The notes: generated by a model not told the origin, from the letters alone. Numbered from the stretch's first letter, positions 1 to 10,065 are shown. The stretch: 24,647 bases of DNA from Macrostomum lignano (GCA_002269645.1 NIVC01003796.1:1-24647); one strand, 5' to 3'. Numbers and translations are program-made.

Positions 1-367
1 GCCACAATGTCTAGCAGGTGTCTCAGAAAAGCCTCTGTCGCGTTGCGAAGAGGTCGATTTATGGCGAAGGGTTGAGGGGGTCGGCGGGAGGGGGGAGCGC
101 AAGCAGGTTAGTCACAAATGGCAAGTGATGCTTTGGTGAGCAAGCGTTAATTATCATGCTGGTTAGTTTATAACTAAGCGCTGTTATTGCGATCAAATGG
201 AAAGTTCAAAATGAACTTTATCACCTATTCATACAAGTTTGACTGTACTTTCTAATGTGTACAATGGGTATTAAATAACTTTATCAGAACAAATTGAATA
301 TAGTGGCGCGAATTCAATTCAAAATTTAAAAAAGAAATTAATTGTTGGTTAGTTCGCTGCTAGGGCA

Positions 368-373
368 TTTATT
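368..373 (-). terminator. Putative polyadenylation signal AATAAA
   Basis: AATAAA on the minus strand ~33 nt after the predicted stop. The region is AT-rich, so a chance match is possible. Confidence 0.45.
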
Positions 374-405
374 TTATAGCTATTAATTTAATGATATTTA
401 CGTGA

Positions 406-538
406 TTAGTAGCTCATCTCAGAATGATCATTTATTTTATTGAATTCAATTTCTGCTCTAGCTCTCGTAATTTTACCTTCATCTTGAGCTTCAATCACAG
501 CCCTGCTCGAGCTTCCAGGCTCTTCCTCATCGTCTGGG
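406..538 (-). CDS. CNB-domain gene terminal exon 8 (PDDEEEPGSSSRAVIEAQDEGKITRARAEIEFNKINDHSEMSY*)
   Basis: Acceptor ccttttcag|C is phase-compatible. TAA at 406-408. An internal possible donor GAAG|gtaaaa at 477/476 means the true 3' end could differ. Confidence 0.62.
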
Positions 539-990
539 CTGAAAAGGTGACGCAGCGTGAGACAGTGAAAGCGTGCATGTAACAAAAATTTGTTTACTGG
601 TCATTCGTTCGGCATGCAGAGTCAGGGACCACGTGCCAGGGACCACGTGTACTTTAAGAGATGGACATTTTGTGTTACAAGAAGTACAGAGAAGTTCTTT
701 TATTAAAGCTGTAGCTATGTTTTATACTACGCAGACATATTTGTTTAAATGCTATTAAATATTCGTGGAACGATTCTAAGAAATAGTTTCTTCGAAATGC
801 TAAAAATTAAATTTAACTTTCATAGGGAAGTTTTCTTATTCTAATCTTCAAAAATTTTCCCAATTGACGGGTACTCAACGAGCTTCTAAATTCGCCTATA
901 GTGGTCCTTGACAACGGTGCACAGTGCTGAGAATACTCGACTGAGTGAAATATGTACAGTCAGTGACAGCCAGTGCTCAATCATGCTCAC

Positions 991-1190
991 AGGTTGGCCT
1001 GTTGCGCTTGCGCAATGGTGGTGCCGCGCGAGCTCAACCGGCTGCGCATCTCAGCCTGAGCAGTGATGAAGATTTCTTCCTCTGACTTGTAGCCCCAATC
1101 CTCTGGCTCGCTGCTGCCCAGGGTGACTCGGCGGGGCTGCTTCTTCGGCCTCATGTACACCTTCTTACCTGGGTGGATCTTGCGGTCCTC
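991..1190 (-). CDS. CNB-domain gene exon 7 (EDRKIHPGKKVYMRPKK...AQAQQAN)
   Basis: Pyrimidine-rich tract then gtgcag|GAG (phase 0). Donor CT|gtgagc; unspliced read-through would stop at 987-989. Confidence 0.8.
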
Positions 1191-1984
1191 CTGCACAACG
1201 GTGGGTAGGGGGAGGGGTTGTTGGAAAATGCAATTGAAATTGGCACGAGGGCACAAGTCCATGCTTTCACACGGCAGGTAGTTTGTGTGCAGTGTGTGCT
1301 GGTTCCTAGAAAATTAAGTCAAAACTAAACGACACTGCTGGCACTGAAAGCATTCGTTGGCAGTCGGGCAGGTGCGAAAGAGCTGCGGCAATTAAAAGCA
1401 AAAAAGTCTACAGAAAAAGCGTGTTGACACTGAAGCTGTCAACACAAAGGTAGCATATGTACAATTGTACATTCGGGACTGTTCGAGTGTACAAAATGAT
1501 TTTTGCAGCTACCAATGGTTTCCGGTGCGCTTTAACAGTAGATTAAAATTATACATTAGTCCATCATCATCAGAGAGTCAGGGTGAAAAACATTGTTCAC
1601 CTCCGCCTCGGGCGGTTCCTGAGCTGTCTGAAAAATTGCCATCGGCGAAATTGGGATCACTTGATCTTCGGAAGTCTAGAAGTCTGTTAGATCCAATATT
1701 TTATTAATTAACTGCACTGTTTTAGCTTTACGATTGTTCAGTAAAATAAACCTCAGGAAAAAACTAAAAAATCGGAAGTAATTTTATTGCATTTTTACTA
1801 TAAGTAGAGTAGTCAATAAAAGTTAACTATTATTAGTTTTTTACGCTCGATTTGTCATCAATCCTACTGTTAGTAGAGAAGCATGAAAAATGCGCCTATT
1901 AATAAACAGTTTGAGAGCGCTTGGCTCTTTTTTACTCACGCCCCTAGCAACGCCTTCCCATTCCCAGCTTCCTCCCGCGCTCAC

Positions 1985-2849
1985 CTCCTTGTGGAACCTG
2001 GTCATCTGCACCACCCGGGCGCCTCGCTTAGTCTGGTCGACGTTGTCGAACCACACGCTGATCCGCCGTTCCAGGTCCACCAGGTGCTCGCTGCTGGTGT
2101 CGAAGTCCTCGAACTCGTCCAGCACCCGCCTGGCCGCCTCGTACGGGTCGTCCAGTCGGCGATGGTCGGTCGCCGCCGCGGCTCCGTCGGCACCTTCGTC
2201 GTCCGTTCCTGGCTCGTCAACGGCGAACATGGCCGCTGCGGCGGCTGGCGGCTTCCGGCCGCCCATCTTGGCCTCCTTGGCCTTCTGAGCGGCCAGCTTG
2301 CGCTCGCGCTTCATCTTGTTCCGGTAGAACACGGTGCCGGGCCCGTAGGGGTCGATCAGCGGGCCGCGGGACGGTATAAAGTGCGACATGTCCGAGTCTC
2401 TCACGTCGAAGTCGCGCTCTTTGTCGGCCTTCTGTCTGCGACGCTCCTCGGCCCGGTGAGACTCCAAAATCCGGTGGCAGAGGTTGCGAATCAGTGGCAC
2501 CTGCTTGTCGAGAGCTCGGGTGACCCGCGACATCAGCTTAGTCTCGGCTTTGCGAGCCAGAATCTCCAGCGTCTGCGCCTGGTTCCGCTTGTTCAGGACC
2601 AGCCGCTCAAAGTTCTTCGAGTCCAGAACAAAGACCTCGGTTGGTTGAACGCAGATAACGGACTGGGCGTAGGTGCTCAGGTCCATTCCGTGCTCAATGT
2701 CGCCGATCATCTCGCCTGGCCCGATCAGGGAGATTTCGACGTGCCGCTGCGACTGCCGGTGCTCGGCGGCCGCGTAGCCTCGGCGGCGGATCGGCTTGTC
2801 CCAGAGCTGCTGGTGCCGGCGCGACTGCGACCGCTCGTCTGCCGGGTTC
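1985..2849 (-). CDS. CNB-domain gene exon 6 (end of CNB domain 2 plus charged, low-complexity C-terminal region)
   Basis: Acceptor cacacag|G, donor GAG|gtgagc. Includes most of track ORF 1841..2710 (VEISLIGPGEMIGDIE...VICVQPTEVFVLDSKNFERLV). Strong GC3 bias. Confidence 0.9.
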
Positions 2850-2851
2850 CT

Positions 2852-3627
2852 GTGTGGGATCCAGCGGTGTGGGATCTAGCGGTGTGGGATCTAGCGGTGT
2901 GGGATCCAGCGGTGTGGGATCTAGCGGTGTGGGATCCAGCGGTGTGGGATCCAGCGGTGTGGGATCTAGCGGTGTGGGATCCAGCGGTGTGGGATCTAGC
3001 GGTGTGGGATCCAGCGGTGTGGGATCTAGCGGTGTGGGATCCAGTGGTGTGGATCCAGCGGTGTGGGATCCAGCGGTATGGGATCCCGCGGTGTCGGATC
3101 CAGCGGTGTGGGATCCAGCGGTGTGGGTTATCCAGCGGTATGGGATCCAGCGGTGTGGGATCCAGCGGTGTGGTTTATCCAGCGGTATGGGATCTAGCGG
3201 TGTGGGATCTAGCAGTGTGGGATCTAGTGGTGTGGTTTATCCAGCGGTATGGGATCTAGCGGTGTGGGATCCAGCGGTGTGGGATCCAGCGGTGTGGGAC
3301 CAGCAGGTATGGGATCCAGCGGTGTGGGTTATCCAGCGGTATGGGATCCAGCGGTATGGATCCAGCGATGTGATCCAGCGGTGTGGTTTATCCAGCGGTA
3401 TGGGATCCAGCGATGTGGGATCCAGCGGTGTGGTTTATCCAGCGGTATGGGATCCAGCGATGTGGGATCCAGCGGTGTGGTTTATCCAGCGGTATGGGAT
3501 CCAGCGGTGTGGGACCAGCGGTGTGGGATCCAGCGGTGTGGTTTATCCAGCGGTATGGGATCCAGCGGTGTGGGACCCAGCGGTGTGGGATCCAGCGGTG
3601 TGGTTTATCCAGCGGTGTGGGATCCAA
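2852..3627. repeat. 15-bp minisatellite (GTGTGGGATCCAGCG with GATCT, GTATG and GTTTATCC variants)
   Basis: Direct reading; about 50 units at the 3' end of intron 5. Confidence 0.97.
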
Positions 3628-4204
3628 CAGTGCGTGCAGGAAGGTGTGAGACTTGTCGGTGCTAAGTAAGTAGTGTGGGACTTAATGGGACCAAGAGAGG
3701 AGTGCGCCGGCTATAACGGGATCAAGAGTGTGGAATCTAGTTCGCTTACAGTGAAAATAAAGAAGAGTCTATTATATAATAGCTTACAGATCTGTTTGGG
3801 AATTTCTGAATATTTCTCTCCCAAATGCTTTGTGCATCCCATTATTGCGGATCCCAGGTGAAGCGGCAGAGCGGCAAGGGGAGAGAGAGATCAAAGCCGG
3901 CATCAGTGGCATCAATGGTTTTACAATCAATTCAAATGAGAACAATTCTTATAGCTTTTTTTAGCCAGCTCAAAGCTAGGGGTCTCATCGATTGAGCTTG
4001 TTTATTAAATAGGATGCTGAATAGAATTTGAGCTGCATCCCGGATGTGCCGAGCTCTTTGTGATGAAGAATCTCTCCCCAAACCCTTAGTGTGCGTTTCA
4101 TTCGACTATAGAAAGTGAAAAATGATTTTAAGGGCATTTAAAAACTTCAGTCTAACTTCAAACTTCAGTCTATAAAAAGATTCGGTTACATATATGTATT
4201 TTGT

Positions 4205-4695
4205 ATCATCCTAAATCATTCTAAATCATCCAAAATTATCCTAAATCATCCTAAATCATCCCATTCTAAATCATTCTAAATCATCCTAAATCATCCTAAA
4301 TCATTCTAAACCGTTCTAAATCATCCTAAATCATCCTAAATCATTATAAATCATCCTAAATCATTCAAAATCATTCTAAATCATCCTAAATCATCCTAAA
4401 TCATTATAAATCATTCTAAATCATTCTAAATCATCCTAAATCATCCTAAATCATTCTAAATCATCCTAAATCATCCTAAATCATTCTAAATCATCCTAAA
4501 TCATCCTAAATCATTCTAAATCATTCTAAATCATCCTAAATCATTCAAAATCATTCTAAATCATCCTAAATCATTCTAAATCATTCTAAATAATCCTAAA
4601 TCATCCTAAATCATCTTAAATCATCCTAAATCATTCTAAGTCATTATAAATCATCCTAAATCATTCTATCCGTTCTAAATCATTCTAAACCATTC
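4205..4695. repeat. 10-bp minisatellite (TAAATCATCC/TAAATCATTC)
   Basis: Direct reading; about 48 units in intron 5. Confidence 0.97.
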
Positions 4696-5284
4696 AGTAT
4701 GGTAGTTCATGTATAGAAGGCTAAAATGGTAGAAAAAATGTGCTTTTTAAAGGACAACCCGCTTTGAAATGATGCAATTTTTGAAGGCCTAATGCCTGAT
4801 CAAAACACATTACCGAGACTGCATTAGATACGCTTGTAGTTTAATAGTACGTAGGATAGAACCTATAGAGAAAAGATGCATGCAATAATTCTAGGATACT
4901 CGTATTAGTTATAAATGTAAGATTTGAAGTGCGCGGAAAAATGAATGGAAAGGAAAGGAAAGTTATGTAATAAAAAGACGGTTTTATTACCATCGATTGT
5001 AGCCAGCGTATCTGACGGAATTTCTGATTCCATATTTTCTTGAATGTGAGGTTTTTTCGGTTAACAGTGTGGTGGTGGTAAATACTATAGCCAATAGGGT
5101 TGTTAATTTGGGCTTCAATAGTAATGTTAGTAAAGCTAGTTTATAGTGCTTATACAGCTTTAATGACTTATACCCTCCACCCATCCGCTGCTTCAGTGAC
5201 CCTGAACCCTAAACTCTTCTCATTGTACTTTTATTAGTTTGCTTTTTGAAAAAATGAAGTAATTATTTCATTAGAAAAACTCAC

Positions 5285-5404
5285 TGCTCCATCAGCTTGC
5301 CCATGATCTCCCGCTGCTGCAGATCCTCTGGACTGTCGTGCAAATGCAGCTGCGGATATTGGCTGTAGTGCTGGATTATGTCAACAACCAGTTTGGCTTG
5401 ACCA
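5285..5404 (-). CDS. CNB-domain gene exon 5 (SGQAKLVVDIIQHYSQYPQLHLHDSPEDLQQREIMGKLMEQ)
   Basis: Acceptor atacag|T, donor CA|gtgagt. Phase 2/2, open frame continuing FILS-GQAK. Confidence 0.85.
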
Positions 5405-5440
5405 CTGTATTTGAGGTGCAATCAATTCAGGAATTACGGG

Positions 5441-5671
5441 TTCTGTATCTCTGCACGCTGTGGCTATCATTTGCACAAGATTCTCTATCCCTTCCAAGTC
5501 TCTGATTGGCTAGCACTGGTTTCTGTATCTCTTCAAACTGTAGCTATCAGTTGCGCAAGATCCTCTATCCCTTCCCAGTCTCTGATTGGCTGGCACTAGT
5601 TTCTGATTTCTTCACATTGTAGCTATCAGTTGCGCAAGATTCCCTATCCCTTCCTAGTCTCTGATTGGCTG
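5441..5671. repeat. 80-bp tandem repeat, ~2.9 diverged copies, each containing CTGATTGGCT
   Basis: Units start at 5441, 5521 and 5601 in intron 4. Confidence 0.9.
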
Positions 5672-5739
5672 CTGCATTTGAAGCTTGTATATAAAACGGC
5701 ATAGAAAACTCTCAATGGCATAGAAAGGAGTCAGCGCAC

Positions 5740-6049
5740 CTGAGAATAAAATAGAGCCCATTCAGCGCATCGCCCTGCTTCGCAATTGTCATTTCGAAGT
5801 TGAACATCTCCTTCCGCAGACTCATGGCCGCTTGCCGCTTGTACCTAGCCAGCCAATTGTCAAACACCGGACACTTGTTCACAAAATCGATTCGCTCCTT
5901 GAACTCGGCCTCTTGAACGGCCTTTAGCGACCGATTGTACAGAGCTCTGTTCACCACAATCAGCCTGGTGGTCTCGTCTGCGATGATGGACGCGTTACGG
6001 ACGCAGTCTTTGTTGATCAGGGCCAGCTCGCCGAAACCTCTGCCCGCGC
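5740..6049 (-). CDS. CNB-domain gene exon 4 (phosphate-binding cassette GFGELAL...RNAS, C-helix, start of CNB domain 2)
   Basis: Acceptor ccctcag|GC, donor AG|gtgcgc. Includes most of track ORF 5712..5957. Confidence 0.93.
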
Positions 6050-6232
6050 CTGAGGGTAAAAATTAACGATTCATCAACTAGCCTTTCGTCAACGACCTCC
6101 AAGTTAATTGCTGAAGGTCATCTGACATTTCTCTGAATATCTCTCCTATTTTACTCTACTTTCCGCTCTCTACTTCCGCTCTCAGCCTCCGTTTTCTCAT
6201 TCATTTCCGCTCTCACTGCAGCCGGCACTCAC

Positions 6233-6399
6233 CGAAGCTGACAATGTACTTCCCGTACTTGGTCCGGTCCAGTTCTTTCTTTTCTCCGCTAGCCGCGTCG
6301 CTGCTGTCGTCGACCAGCACCTGCGCCTCAGTTGGATCGTCCGGCACCGCCTCCGTGTTGATGTAAACACTGACTTTGCCGGTGAGGCAAATGTAGAAA
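6233..6399 (-). CDS. CNB-domain gene exon 3 (FYICLTGKVSVYINTEAVPDD...KYGKYIVSF)
   Basis: Acceptor catcag|T, donor G|gtgagt. FYxxLxGxVxV is the CNB beta2-beta3 motif. Confidence 0.9.
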
Positions 6400-6460
6400 C
6401 TGATGGGATGGATATTGCGGCGTTTCAGTTGAAGGTCAACAGCCAGTAAATCTGTCCCAC

Positions 6461-7120
6461 TCTGTGCCTCTCAATCCCCTCTGCCGCTGCCTCTCTCCAA
6501 TCTACCTCTCCCTCTCCCCCTGCCTCTCCCTCTCCCCTCTGCCTCTCCCTCTCTCCCCTGCCTCTCCGTCTCTCCCCCTGCCTCTCCCTCTCTCCCTCCT
6601 GCCTCTCCCTCTCTCCCCTGCCTCTCCGTCTCTCCCCCTGCCTCTCCCTCTCTCCCTCCTGCCTCTCCCTCTCTCCCATCTACCTCTCTCTCTCCCCTCT
6701 GCCTCTCCCTCTCTCCCATCTGCCTCTCCCTCTTCCCTCTGCCTCTCCCTCTCCCCCTGCCTCTCCCTCTCTCCCGTCAACCTCTCCCTCTCTCCCCTCT
6801 GCCTCTCCCTCTCTCCCATCTACCTCTCTCTCTCCCCTCTGCCTCTCCCTCTCTCCCATCTGCCTCTCCCTCTTCCCTCTGCCTCTCCCTCTCCCCTGCC
6901 TCTCCCTCTCTCCCGTCAACCTCTCCCTCTCTCCCCTCTGCCTCTCCCTCTTCCCTCTGCCTCTCCCTCTCCCCTGCCTCTCCCTCTCTCCCGTCAACCT
7001 CTCCCTCTCTCCCTCTGCCTCTCCCTCTCTCCCCTGCCTCTCCCTCTCTCCCGTCTGCCGCTCCCTCTCCCATCTGCCTCTCCCTCTCTCCCATCTGCCT
7101 CTCCCTCTCTCCCCTCTGTC
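6461..7120. repeat. Pyrimidine-rich composite minisatellite (CTCTCCC/CTGC/CCATC modules)
   Basis: Direct reading; fills most of intron 2. Confidence 0.95.
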
Positions 7121-7124
7121 TCAC

Positions 7125-7212
7125 CAGTCTCCTTGGTCTCCCTGTCGAATGATGACGTCATCGCGTGGACTCTCGCGAAATTCGCAATTTCTCAAAATAT
7201 CTTTAGCCACAT
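7125..7212 (-). CDS. CNB-domain gene exon 2 (DVAKDILRNCEFRESPRDDVIIRQGDQGDC)
   Basis: Acceptor ctgcag|AT, donor TG|gtgaga. Contains the typical CNB start motif VIIRQGDxGD. Confidence 0.9.
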
Positions 7213-7783
7213 CTGCAGTTAGGAAAGTGGAGTTAAAAGCAAATTAAGAGTGCTGTTGTCGATTGGCCTTGCACTTTATGTGGGTGAAAACACCACCCCC
7301 CTTGTCACAATTGATTTTATTGTCGCCGTCAACCCCGTGTTTGGCTGCAGATTACGACTGAGACAAGCACTGGCTCATTCCGGCCTGGCGACTGCAATCC
7401 CATGCTTAGGGAATATGTATTATGCATTAGGTTGATGGCCAAAAGCCTCACAATGGATTTATAGAGTGGCTCATTTCCGGTGCGGGGCAACTCAGCTCAA
7501 CTCTCTTTCACTGCTCAGTTTCTCCCCGCCGGGGGGGGGAGGGGCGATGTGACAGCGCAGACGGTGCAGATAGCCGCTTCCCAACGGTCGGTCAGGTGCC
7601 GCCTGGGTGAAGCTGAAGGCCCCCCATCACTGAAGCTGGGTTAATAAGCGATGAAGCTAAGATGATTTATAAATGTGGTGGTTGCTGGGACCAAGGGCAG
7701 GCATGCGCACGGCAGTATGGGCATGCAGTGCTCAGACGTATTTTTTTACTCAAGCATACGAGCGCCAACGTGCCAAACAGCGG

Positions 7784-7797
7784 GTTGCCATGGCAAC
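7784..7797. promoter_or_regulatory. RFX X-box (GTTGCCATGGCAAC), perfect palindrome, in intron 1
   Basis: Exact 14-bp match to the canonical X-box. A second degenerate copy GTTGCCACGGGAGC lies at 7865-7878. Confidence 0.7.
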
Positions 7798-8272
7798 TGC
7801 TGGCTTAGTGCGGAAGGGAATCGCTGAGTCAGTGAATCTCAGTCAGTCAGTCAGTCAGGGATCAGTTGCCACGGGAGCCAGTCTCCTCCCCTCTCCGGCT
7901 CCGAGACAATTACCTTGAGCACACAAAGGACGCGGCTGCTCATGCTGCAGGGTCTGTACTCTGATTTTCTAACTGCTTTTTTAGAAGCACAGAAGGAGGC
8001 AGTTTCGTGATGAGGCAGGATTTATTTTATAGTCGATTAATTCCTTATTCCAAGCTCCTCTATTTGAGGAGTTGATTGAGATGGAAGGTAATGAGCGATG
8101 AATATTTGCCAATCTCTCTCTTAGTGGCTGGGTGTGAGAAATGTAAATTCAGCCCGGTGAGCGTGTTTGCCTAATGAAAATTTATACAGTGACTACTCAA
8201 TAGGGAAGGAGTGCGAGTTCTCTCAGGTTCTCCAGGTAAGTGGTGCAAGAATTCAGAATTGAGGAGGGATTC

Positions 8273-8760
8273 ACAAAGTTGAGAAACGTATGATTAAAGT
8301 TGAGAAGCGCATGAAGCCTATGACCAAAGTTAAGTAGCCTATGACCAAAGTTAAGTAGCCTATGACCAAAGTTAAGTAGCCTATGACCAAAGTTAAGAAG
8401 CTTATGACCAAAGTTAAGAAGGGTATGACCATGTTGAGAAGCTTATGACCATAGTTGAGAAGCGTATGACCAAAGTTGAGAAGCGTATGACTAAATTTGA
8501 GAAGAGTTTGGCCAAAATTACAAAGCATATGATCAAAGTTGAAAAGTCACGAGTAATGACCAAAGTTAAGAAGCCTATGACCAAAAGTAAGAAGCGTGTA
8601 ATGACCAAAGTTGAGAAGCTTATGAGCAAAGTTACTTGTAAGAAACCTATGACCAAATTTAAGTAGCATATGACCAAAGTTAAAAAGCCTATATGACCAA
8701 AGTTAAGAGCTGATGACCAAAGTTGAGAAACCTATGACCAAAGTTAAGAAACTCTGACCA
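8273..8760. repeat. ~21-bp diverged minisatellite (ATGACCAAAGTTAAGAAGCCT)
   Basis: Direct reading; about 23 units in intron 1. Confidence 0.93.
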
Positions 8761-8823
8761 ATAGCGCACAGTATAGTTGAAGTCAAACAGTTCAATAAAT
8801 AATTTCAGATAAACAATATTTAC

Positions 8824-8941
8824 CTGGCTTAATCTTCAACGGGCACTTCGTTAGAAACCAGCCGACCAGTTCGTTCAGTTCCGAGTCGTGCCGCTGCACA
8901 GGCGGCTTGCTGATGCACTCAACTATCTGCTCCAGCGACAT
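8824..8941 (-). CDS. CNB-domain gene exon 1 (MSLEQIVECISKPPVQRHDSELNELVGWFLTKCPLKIKP)
   Basis: ATG in GCCATG context with an in-frame TGA 12 nt upstream. Donor CCAG|gtaaat is phase 1 and matches exon 2. Confidence 0.8.
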
Positions 8942-9171
8942 GGCCGAGATTCAGTCGGGTGCGGAGTGATTCTTGACTGCAGGACTGGTGCTTCCCCTTG
9001 GCTGCCGCTTGTCAGGTCGGGGCAGGCAAACAGGCAGAGTTTGCAGTGGCCGCCACTATTGCGGCTTCTCTTGTTATGTAGCCGCTGCCTCTTTACGGTG
9101 CCTCATCTCGCCTTCTCTCCCCCCACCCCAACTCCTAGCCGTCCCCCTTAGTAACCGGGGCTTGACAACTG

Positions 9172-9186
9172 TATTGGCGGCCAATA
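9172..9186. promoter_or_regulatory. Inverted pair of CCAAT boxes (TATTGGC-G-GCCAATA) ~230 bp upstream of the CNB gene ATG
   Basis: 7-bp inverted repeat made of ATTGG and CCAAT, at a promoter-compatible position. Confidence 0.3.
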
Positions 9187-9975
9187 AAAGATGAGGCGGC
9201 TGCACTGCCTCTATAACTGAATCTTTTTAGAGAGAGTAGCAATTGGAGTGCTGGGGAGTGCGGGCGGCAAGGCAGGGGCAGAGAGCTGAGAGGGTGCGAG
9301 CATGCAGTGAACTCAGGGCCTCAGTGGATAGCTGAATAACTGCTGCAGGCTCTTCTTCATTGTGACATTGTGCTACCCGCAGATAAAATTGAGAACAATA
9401 CAATAATATGACACGCTGCCGAAATGCACTGGCCATGCAGAAGCTAATAGTTTTTGTCTACTGCCGTATCTAATAGTTTATTATTGTCAATAAATCTTGC
9501 CTGCACCTGGGCTGTACCTGCTGGGCGTTCGGGCGAAAAACGAAGGCTCTGCTTTTGCACTCAAGTAGGCACTAAACCTGAGCAATGTACTGCTGAAAAC
9601 AGCCTATATAAGAGTAGAAATATTAATTAAATATAATTATTAATTTTAGTAATTAGTAAATCAATACTCATCAATATCATACGCCAGAGCAGACGATCTG
9701 AGCAGTGCAGGGCGCTCCCTACCTGGCCAAAAACAAATTGAAACCATAAAATATTGAACTGCGACTTGACAGGTTTATTGCCTGAACCGACTCGGGTCCT
9801 GGCCCAGTTCATTTTTTATATATTTCTCTCTCTCCCTCTCTCCGACTCAAGTCGCACCTGCAATGAATTTTTTTTAGTCAAGAGTGTTTTATGGCTTTCA
9901 TTTTTTTGGGCTAGATCTCGAACTCTTACTGAACTTCAAAGTGGCGCAAGTTTACTTTGAAGTCTGGGATGGAGC

Positions 9976-10065
9976 TTAAATAAAATGCTGCACCTCGAGA
10001 GCAATAAACTTTTCAGTGAAATTGAGAAGCCTGAGGCTGGGTTCGAAACGAATTTGAACTCGCGC
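9976..10065 (+). repeat. ~90-bp dispersed direct repeat, copy 1 (copy 2 at 11378-11470)
   Basis: TTAAATAAAATGCTGCACCTCGAGAGCAATAAACT...GAATTTGAACTCGCGC aligns with TTAAGTAAAGTGCTGAACCTCGAGAGCAATAAACT...GAATTTGAACTCGCGC. Confidence 0.88.

Larger units (their letters stand above)
406..8941 (-). other. Gene span: 8-exon cyclic nucleotide-binding domain protein (CNBD2-like), 666 aa; CDS join complement(8824-8941,7125-7212,6233-6399,5740-6049,5285-5404,1985-2849,991-1190,406-538)
   Basis: Manual splicing gives GT-AG at every intron with phases 1,2,1,2,2,0,2. Exon lengths 118+88+167+310+120+865+200+133 sum to 2001 nt with no internal stop. CNB hallmarks: IIRQGDQGDCFYICLTGKV, GRGFGELALINKDCVRNASII, IAKQGDALNGLYFILSGQAK. 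Family assignment is from motif recognition; orthology is untested. Confidence 0.88.

Noticed and set aside
623-649. Duplicated CAGGGACCACGTG with two CACGTG E-boxes
   Set aside because: A simple 14-bp local duplication with no other support.
1191-1307. Alternative acceptor ttttctag at 1306 and the N-terminal part of ORF 987..1262
   Set aside because: Phase-0 use of this acceptor hits TGA within 13 codons; the acceptor at 1191 fits.
1883-3669. Long plus-strand ORFs (458, 271, 138 aa) with WDPAV/GSSGV/IQRCG repeats
   Set aside because: They are the antisense of GC-rich exon 6 plus a stop-free 15-bp repeat whose period is divisible by 3.
7152-7161. Perfect CRE palindrome ATGACGTCAT in a cAMP-sensor gene
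   Set aside because: It lies in coding exon 2 (DDVI) and is explained by codon choice; there is no independent support.
6425-7222. ER/G-rich and LSP-rich ORFs
   Set aside because: Translations of the intron 2 low-complexity repeat.
7914-7943. Mini exon ATG...CTCAAG|gtaatt on the minus strand in intron 1
   Set aside because: Phase 0, incompatible with the phase-1 acceptor of exon 2; the compatible frame has no ATG after an upstream stop.
10036-10065. Pol III B-box-like GGTTCGAAAC / GAGTTCAAAT suggesting a tRNA or SINE
   Set aside because: No A box at a suitable spacing and no cloverleaf could be built.
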